A stretch of 64,000 nucleotides of DNA. Source: the human T2T-CHM13v2.0 reference genome, Homo sapiens. Where the stretch lies: the NCBI RefSeq assembly GCF_009914755.1, contig NC_060928.1; one strand, given 5' to 3'. This document shows, one piece after another, positions 51,305 through 64,000 of this stretch; the first letter of the stretch is position 1; each line of letters opens with the position of its first letter. Position numbers and translations under genes: made by a program. The notes below the pieces were generated by a model. That model did no database searches. It was not told where the DNA came from and saw only the letters and a list, made by a program, of their open reading frames with translations.

Positions 51305-54115
51305 CCTGAAAGAAACCAAGATCCTCCACTGAAGAAAGCTATCAGTAGAGATCACTTCTCCCTCAGTTGGAAGCAGGAATGTCAGGAACTATGGGACATA
51401 AAGCAGATACTTAGAATTCCTGAGATAAATACAAGGAAGATCTAGAAATAAGAACTGAGTTTAACATCTGGAAATCCTGGTCCAGGAAAAATGAGACAGG
51501 GCTTGACAATATAAATGACAAATAGGAGAAATAACGTTTTTATAAATATTCTGAAATTCATACATTCTCAATTCCACTACATCGCTTATATTTGCTAAGG
51601 CCAAAATTCCATGCCCCTTAGAAGAAAAGAAACTTATAAAAACCAAACTACATACTGATCATTTTTCTTCTGAAAATAAGATATTAACCTCTGTTACTAC
51701 AGAGTATACGCCAAATACAGAAATATCCCTGGTAAAATATCTTTTAACAACATGCAAAGCAATTCACTGTAGGTTTATACAGTATATTAAAGACACATAA
51801 ACAGTGCTTCTGAACATAAAAATAACTCAACATTCTCAAGCTTCCATGAAAATCAGTTTGTTTTCTTACTTTTTTTTAGCAAAATGGGCTAATTAACCTA
51901 CTAGTCCATGTTATGAATTGCTTTTAAGAACCTGACAATGTCATCTTGTCCGTTCCCCAATATATATTTAATAAGGAGACATTAAAATTAGATTCTGTTC
52001 AAGAGAAATATTCCTTCTTTCACCTTGCAGTTCTGCAGAACCCCCAATATATAACAGAAAAATCAGAGTTGTGCTAATAAGTACTCTTAGGGGAATAATT
52101 ACTGAAAATGCCACATATAAGATAGTCAAAATGAAGGGTAAAATAAATTCTTTATTCATGGATAGCTTATGTTGACAATTGTAGAATGGCTTAAGCACTG
52201 CACGAACTTTGGCTAGCATTTGTTTCATGTTAAGACACAAGTCAATCTGAGGTGCCTCAAACGTAACTGTAATATTTGATGACCATGAGTATGAGTGAAA
52301 GAGAAATTCATCTAAAAGTTGGCATAAAATACAGCAAAACAAAATCTTTAGTTTTGCAACCAAAGTAACTTGGAACTCCATTACAAAATTTCTAAAAAGA
52401 ATTAAAAATAAAAAATTAATATTAACAAAACAAACAATAATTTAATAATGTATAGCTTTGCTATTCAACATGTGTACCTGAAGTAGCAGATCCCACAGAT
52501 CTTGTTAAAAATATTGATTATCATAATCAGTATATCAGAAGTCGACATACTTCTACTACACCTAGGGACTCTACTCACTAAGTACAACTGTCTACTCTGG
52601 ACCTTATATATATAACAAACATAAGACGACTCTAAAGGTGGAGAGAAGAAGGCAGACTAGCTAAAGACCTCAAGATCCATGATGACATGCTGGGTTTTCT
52701 TTTTGCTTCTTTTATCCCAGATTTGCAGTGGAAAAAAAAGTTAGCAACTCAGAAATGTAGACAAAAACAGGCAAGGAAACAAAAACAAACAAAATAACAA
52801 CAGCAACAATAACAAAGCCCTAAAAAAAACATGCTCTCTCTAGCCAATGGTCTAGGAAATGGCCAGCCTATGAGAATAAAAACATTTAGACACTAACAGT
52901 TTTACACAAGCCAAACACCACAGAAAAAAAAAAAAAAAACACGGTCCTACTACATTCACACCAGCACAGGCCAAGTGGGGAGCTTAGGCCTCCATCTTGT
53001 CAAGATTGTGATGAGTCATCCCAACACCCTAGGTGGTGTGAGAGAAAGCCAAGTGGGGAGCTGGGACTTTCATTCCCACCAGTTGGTAACCAGCACTTCC
53101 CTAGTACACTGTGTACTATCAGTGGGACCATATGAAAAACCAAGACTCCCAACTCCTACCCATCAGTAATGAGTCACTCTTTCCCCTCCCCACTGGGGTG
53201 GTTTCAAAGGAGGCAGAGTGGAGAGTTAGAACTTTCACCATTGCCTGGTAATAAGGTTATCTTTTATTGGAGGCCATCCTCAACATGATGTCAGTGAAGA
53301 CCATGTGGAGAGCCAAAATTCCCACTCCCACCCAGCAGTAATGAGACACTCCTGTCTTCAGGAGTAAATAGAAGCCAAATGAGGAACACAAACTTTTATC
53401 TACACCTGGCAGTAACAAGGGAGCTCCTTCCCCACATATCTGCTAAAATGGTGTCAGAAAAGGCCAGTTAAAACAGAAGGTTTAAATAAAATCCAGAGTC
53501 TCAGAACATATGAAAAAGTCCAGATATAAGTCAAAAATCACTCGTCATATCAAGAACCTGGAAGATCTCAAACTAAATGAAAAAAGACAATTAATAGATG
53601 CCAACACTAAGATGACAGATGTTAAAATCATCTGCACAGATTTTAAAGCAACAATGATAAACAATGTTTCAATCATCAATTACAAACATACTTGAAATAA
53701 ATGAAAACGGAGAAAAAACAAAGAAATAGAAAATATAAGGAAAATTCAAATAAAGTATTACAACAGAAAAATATGGTAACCCAGACACAAAGCTCATTTG
53801 GAAAGGCTCAACAGCAGAATAAATGGACAGAGAAAAGAATCAGTAAACTGGAAAGCAGAATAGATGTTATCTAATCTGAACAAAAGAAAGAAAATAGACT
53901 ACATAAAATAAACAGAGCCTCAGAAACCTGGAAACAATATACTTAAAAAAAAAATCTGACACTAATATTCAGGTAAAGTTTCCATACTTCATTCAAACTG
54001 GTAAAATGACAACATCAGTAGTTATGTACATATAATACAATATGTAGAGTAACCACCAGAAACTACACAAGGATATACCTCACAAACGCTATTAATAAAT
54101 CAAAATAGAATTCTA

Positions 54116-54469
<354 letters not shown>

Positions 54470-56459
54470 TTAAAAAATAGAGGAGGAGAAAAAAACAGAA
54501 AACAAAAATAAAGTACCAAACTTAAGCCCTAACATATTAATAATTACATTAAATATAAATAATGTAAATATAACATTAAAAGACAGAGATTGACAGATGA
54601 AATTTAAAAGCATAACAAAATTACATGCTGTCTACAAGAAACTCTCTTCAACGAAATAGGGAAGTTGAAAGTAAAAGAATGCAATATATACATAATGCAC
54701 ATATCATTCAAAGAAAATCATAAGTGGCTATACTAATGTTAGATAATGTAGACTTCAGAGCAAAAACATATATATATTAACAGAAAGAGATATTATATAA
54801 TTATAAAATAGTCAATACAGGAAGAAGACACAGCAATCTTAAATACATATGCACCAGACAACAGAGACGCAAAACATATGATACAAAAACTGATAAAATT
54901 GAAAGAAGAAACAAACAAATCCACAATTACAGTTGGAGTCTTTAACATGACCTTTGGAAGAACTAAACAGCTAGACAAAAAATTAGCAAGAATATAGACG
55001 AACTCAACACCATCAATCTACAAGATCCAGTCAATATTTATAAAATATTCTACTGAAGAATAGGAAACTATATACAGTTTCAAGAGCCCACAGAACATAC
55101 ACCAAGAGAGAATATATCCTCATCTATGAAAAAAAAACAAAATTAAAATAACTGAAATCAGACTAAGTATGTTCTCTGACTATAACAGAATCAATCTAAA
55201 AATAACAGGAATGTCCCCACTTAGAAAGTAAACAATACATTTTAAATAATCCATGAGTCAAAGAGGAAGTCTCATAGGAAGTCAAAATACATTCAAATGA
55301 ATAAAAATACAACATATCAAAATTTGTGGGACACAGTTAAAGCAGTACAAAAAGAGTAATTTACAGCATGCAATACATACATTAGAAAAAAGAAAAATCT
55401 CGAATCAATAAGCTAAGCCCCTACCTGAAGAAACTATGAAAACTAGAGCAAAGTAAACCCAAACTAAGTAGAAAGAAGTAAATAAGTAAATAATAAAGAG
55501 CTAAAATCAATAAATCAAAAAAGAAAAAATCAATAGAGAAAACCAATAAAACAAAGAGCTAGGTCTTTGAAAAGATCAATAAAACTGAAAAAATATCTAG
55601 CAAGACTGACAAAGAAGAAAGGAGGCATGAGTTGTCAATATCAGAAATGAAATAGATTCATTCAAGATCCTAAAGATAACAAAAGAATAATGATAGAATG
55701 CAATGAAAAATTCCATCAATATAAATTTAACAACTTAGACAAAATAAACTACTTCCCCAAAAAACATAAACTACCACAACTCATCTAACATGAAATAGAT
55801 AATTTAAACATCCTTGTAACCAATAAGGTAATTAAATGTACAACTTAAAAAATCCCAAAAAAGGAATGTCCAGGCCCAGATGGGTTCAATGGAGAATTCT
55901 ACCAAATGGTTGAAGAAGAATTAACATCAACTCTATACAATTTCTTCCAGAAAACAGAAGAAGAAAAACTTACCAATTAATTTACGAAGCTAAAATTACA
56001 CTAATCCCCAAACTAGACAAAGACAAAGGGAGGGAAGGAAGAAGGGAGGGTGATGAAAGAAAGAGAAGGAAAATTACACATCAACATTCCTCATAAATAT
56101 TCATGCAAAAAATCATTAACAAAATATTGCAAACAAAATTCAAAAACATAGCAATAATATAATGATATAAAAAGAATCATACAACATGGCCTAATGGGGT
56201 TTATTTCAGGGAAGCAAGGCTAGTTCAACTTTCAAGAATCAATCAATGTAAGCTAAAACATTAACAGGATTTATTTAAAATCACATATCAAATGATGCAG
56301 AAAATACGTATCAAATGATGCAGAAAAAATCATTTGACAGAATTCAATATTCATTTGTAATAAAAAATGCTCAGAAAAATAGGAGTAGAAGGGAACTTCC
56401 TCAACTTGACAAAAAGCATCTTCAAAAAACCTATAGATAACATTATATTTAAGTGGTAA

Positions 56460-60094
<3,635 letters not shown>

Positions 60095-62112
60095 GAGAAA
60101 CAAGAGGAAATAAAAGGCATGTATACTGGAAAAAAAAAAAACTACCCCTATTTCCAGATGATATGATAGTCTACATAGAAAATCTCAAGGAACTCATTAA
60201 AAAGCTCATAGAAACAATAAGTGAATTTAGCAAGGTAGCATGGTACAAAATAAACCTGCAAAAATAAATTGTATTTTAATATCAATAATGAATATATGGG
60301 AAGAATTTAAAATGCAGTACTATTTACAACCATGAAAACATACTTAAATATAGGTGAAACTCTAACAAAAACATGTATAAAACCTGTATGCTGAAACTTA
60401 CACAATATTGGTGAAAGAAATCAAAGACCTAAATAAAGGGAAAGACATACTGTCATGATAAATTGAAACACTCAAGATAGTAAAGATTTCAGTTTTTCCC
60501 AAACTTGTGAACAAGCTTGATGAAATTCCTATCAAAACTCAAGCAATATTTTTCATAGATATAGACAAGATTATTTTCAAATTGATACAGAAAGGTGGAA
60601 GAACTAGAAGAGTTAAGACAATTTTGAAAAATAATAAAGCAGGAATAATCAGTATACCTAATTTCAAGACTTTTACAGCTACAGGAATCCAGATTGTGTC
60701 ATATTGGTGAAGGGATAAATACATAGCCCAATGGAACAAAGTAAAGAATCCAGAAACATATCCACACCAATATGCCCAACTTACTTCTGACAAAGTTGCA
60801 AAGGCAATTCAATAAAAGAAAGAGAGCTTTTCAGCAAATGGTGCTAGAGCAATTGACTCTCCATAGACAAAAGAATAGCCTTGGACCTAAATTTTATATC
60901 TGAAGCAAAAATCAAATCAAAATTGACCACAGATTTAAATGTAAGTCATAAAATCATAAGACTTTTAGAAAAAAACATAGGAGAAAAATCTTCAGGATCT
61001 AGAGCTAGGCAAAGAGTTCTTATGACATGAACCATAAAAACTGATTAATTGGACTCCATCAAAATTAAAAATTTTCTCTGCAAAAGGCCACATTAAGAAG
61101 ATGAAAAGACAAGTCAAAAAGTGGTAGAAAATATTTGCAAATGACATATCTGACAAAGGAAAATTTTCTAGAATAGATTAGCTCAAAATGTAAATTTAAA
61201 AAATTCAATTAGAAAATGAAAAAGCCATGAACAGACATTTCACATATTTAGAGAATACATAAATGGAAAATAAGCACATGAAAAGATAATTAACCATTAT
61301 GAAAATCCAAATTAAAAGAACAGTGAGCTATGACTACACACTATCATAAAGGCAAAAACATAGTGACATCACCAAATGCTGGTAAGAATGTGAAGAAACT
61401 GGAACATTCATACGTTGCTGGTGGGAATGTAAAATGTTACAACCACTCTGCATTAACAGTTCGTCAACTTTTTAAAAAACTAATCACTCAATTATCATAC
61501 AATCCAGAAATTTCACTCTAGGGCATTTTTACCAGAAAAACTAAGGGTTATGTTCATTTAAAAAAAAACCTGTACACAAAGTTTATAGCACCTTTGGTCA
61601 CAACAGCCAAAAATTGGAAACAACCTGATGTCTTTCAATGGACGAATTATTAAATAAAGTATGATACATCCATTCCTTGGAATAGTACACATCAATAAAA
61701 AAAATGAACAAACTATTGATGCATACAACAACCTGAGTGAATCTCCAGAAAATTATGCAGAGCAAAAAAAAAAGTCAAGTCCTAAAAGGTTACATACTAT
61801 ATAGTACCATTTACATACTGTTCTGGAAATGACAAAAATGGAAATGAAGAACAGATTCACAGTTTTCAGAGCTTAAGGAAGAAGTGGGGTGGGAGAAAAG
61901 TGGTCATGGCTATAAAAGGGCAATATGAGAAAGCCTTTTAGTCATGTAACACATCTGTATATTAACTGTATCAATGTCAATATTCTATTGGTAATATCAT
62001 ACTGTAGTTGAGGATGTTATTGAGGGAAACAGAAAAGAGTACACTGAATCTATCATTTCTTATAACTGCAACAGAATCTACAACTATCTGAAAAAGGTTT
62101 AATTTAAAAAAA

Positions 62113-62215
62113 ATGTAGATCATGATTTAGTAAGTAAAGCCTGAGATTCTGTATTTCTAACAAGTCTTCAGATAATACAGATTCCACTGCTGTGGGGACC
62201 ACAATGTAAGTAATA
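62113..62215. mobile_element. MER5-type fragment (possible partner of 52460-52535)
   Basis: gcctgagattctgtatttctaacaagtcttcagat...ggggaccaca. Confidence 0.6.
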
Positions 62216-62219
62216 AGTC

Positions 62220-62690
62220 ATTGGAAAATTGGTCACTGTAACTCATCATACTAACAGGCTAAAAATAAAAAAACCCATGACCATCTCAATAGATGCTAGA
62301 AAGGCATTTAACAAGATTTAACATCTATAAAAGAGAATAACTATCAGCAAACTAAAATTAGAAGGCCAGTTCCCCAACCTGAAAGTGTGCTAATGAAAAA
62401 CTTACAGCTAACGTCCTATCAACCATTATTGACTGAATGCAATTTTCCTAAGATTAGGATTAAGACAGAGATTTCTACTCTCATCTTTTTTTTCAACATT
62501 TCATTTCTAGAGATCCTAACCAATGTAATGAGGCAAGAAAAAAAAGGCGTACATATTGGAAGGGAAGAAATAAAACTCTCTTTCCCAGAAAATATGACAG
62601 TTTATGTAGAAAATTATGAGAGCTACCAAAAACCTACTAAAACTACAAAGCCACAGGATGCAAGGGAATATACAAATTGTACTTCCAAAA
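62220..62690 (+). mobile_element. Old L1M ORF2 (RT region) fragment
   Basis: catgaccatctcaatagatgctagaaaggcatttaacaa. ORF 62387..62713 contains RQEKKGVHIGREEIKLSF. Confidence 0.75.
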
Positions 62691-63109
62691 TTGGTGAATT
62701 TCATTTTGTCTAAGTTATACCCCAATAAATCTGATTTTAAAAGCTCTATAGCTAAACTAAATAGTCTAGCCTTGGTTAAAGCAGTATCAATAATCAGTCT
62801 TATAATAAATGTCTTAGCTAATGGCAAGTATCCCTCACTCCTTTTATTTCTCTTTTTCCAAAAGAGTGACACCCCATCAACAATGAGTTTCAGGAAGTTC
62901 ATTCTTCATTTGTCCCCAAGATAACCAGACAATACATTTGGTTTGCCCCAGTCTCAAGTGTAGGACAAATCTTCTGTTAACAGTGGCTCTCAGAGAGGTT
63001 TTCACTACTCCTAGTATCCAACCTAGCTGCAAAACAATATAATTGTTTGGATAAAAGTAAAGAAGTAAAATCCAAAGAATACCCAAACCTTCATTAAGAT
63101 AGCATTTGT

Positions 63110-63411
63110 GCCAGGCACGGTGGCTCACGCCTGTAATCCCAGCACTTTGGGAGGCTGAGGCAGGCGATCATGAGGTCAGGAGATTGAGACCATCCTGACT
63201 AACATGGTGAAACCCCGTCTCTACTAAAAATACAAAAAATTAGCCAGGCGTGGTGGCAGGCGCCTGTAGTCCCAGCTACTCAGGAGGCTGAGGCAGGAGA
63301 ATGGCGTGAACCCAGGAGGCGGAACTTGCGGTGAGCCAAGATGGCACCATTGCACTCCAGCCCGGGTGACAGAGCAGGACTCCGTCTCAAAAAAGAAAGA
63401 AAGAAAAAAAA
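63110..63411 (+). mobile_element. AluY
   Basis: Y-type ggagaatggcgtgaaccc. Perfect 14-bp TSD aagatagcatttgt at 63096-63109 and 63412-63425, TT/AAGA site. Confidence 0.93.
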
Positions 63412-64000
63412 AAGATAGCATTTGTTTGTTCTATTTATTTGCTCCATTTATTCTCAAACAGCCCTGGATCCCTCCCTCAATCCCATCTAATTTACCCCAA
63501 TCTTACTGTCCTTCCTTAAATGCAATAGAATCCAGAAATGTGTAAAAAGGAAAAGCAAAAAGATAATAACAAAGTTTAAAACCTAACACTAAATTACAGT
63601 GCACAGTACATATTAAGGCACTATTCTAGTTTCTTATGTGTAAAATTCTTCCAGTAATGTCCTGAAAGTTAAATGCCTTCCTTTTTTCTTTTAAAAAACA
63701 TATTTTTCCATTATCATTTATAAACCAACAACTACATTTACCCTTTCAAAACTTGGGATCCTGACCATCTATGTCTTACTCAAATATTCCCTTAGTACAG
63801 CATACTTAAAGCAGGGTAAAAAAAGACCAAAAGGCAGATAAGTGTGTCTGAACCTCATTAAGGCACAGATGGAGTTGTATTTGATTCACTGTACTTGAGC
63901 TACATTCCTACACCAGACCAAAGATGAAGCCAGGAAAATTCAGTTCCCTTGATTTATATACTCACCTTAGCAAAAGTGGGAGTGGATCTCACAGGCTACT

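Noticed and set aside
56286-56327. Short tandem duplications (also about 711-736 and 24978-25020)
   Set aside because: Ordinary replication-slippage duplications.

Overview
AT-rich, repeat-dense primate genomic DNA, almost certainly human: it carries an Alu with all five AluYa5 diagnostic substitutions. I see no recognisable cellular protein-coding exon, RNA gene, CpG island or CRISPR array. Most identifiable content is transposon fossils: L1PA and old L1M LINEs, four Alus, L2/MIR/CR1, MaLR LTRs, and Tigger and hAT DNA transposons, often nested and several with readable TSDs. There is also a 1.6-kb palindromic TA-rich minisatellite and two STRs. L1 orientation bias suggests the window lies in a large intron of a minus-strand gene (inference). 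The only long ORF (974 aa) is a chimeric L1 ORF2 fragment with a dead RT motif. I found no convincing novel biological system. The best leads are a spliceable 113-aa plus-strand micro-ORF, the palindromic VNTR, a near-perfect hairpin inside an old MIR, and several motif clusters (GRE/ARE+FOX, paired TCF/LEF, CTCF). Repeat family names come from recalled consensus sequences, not a database search, and boundaries of old elements are approximate.
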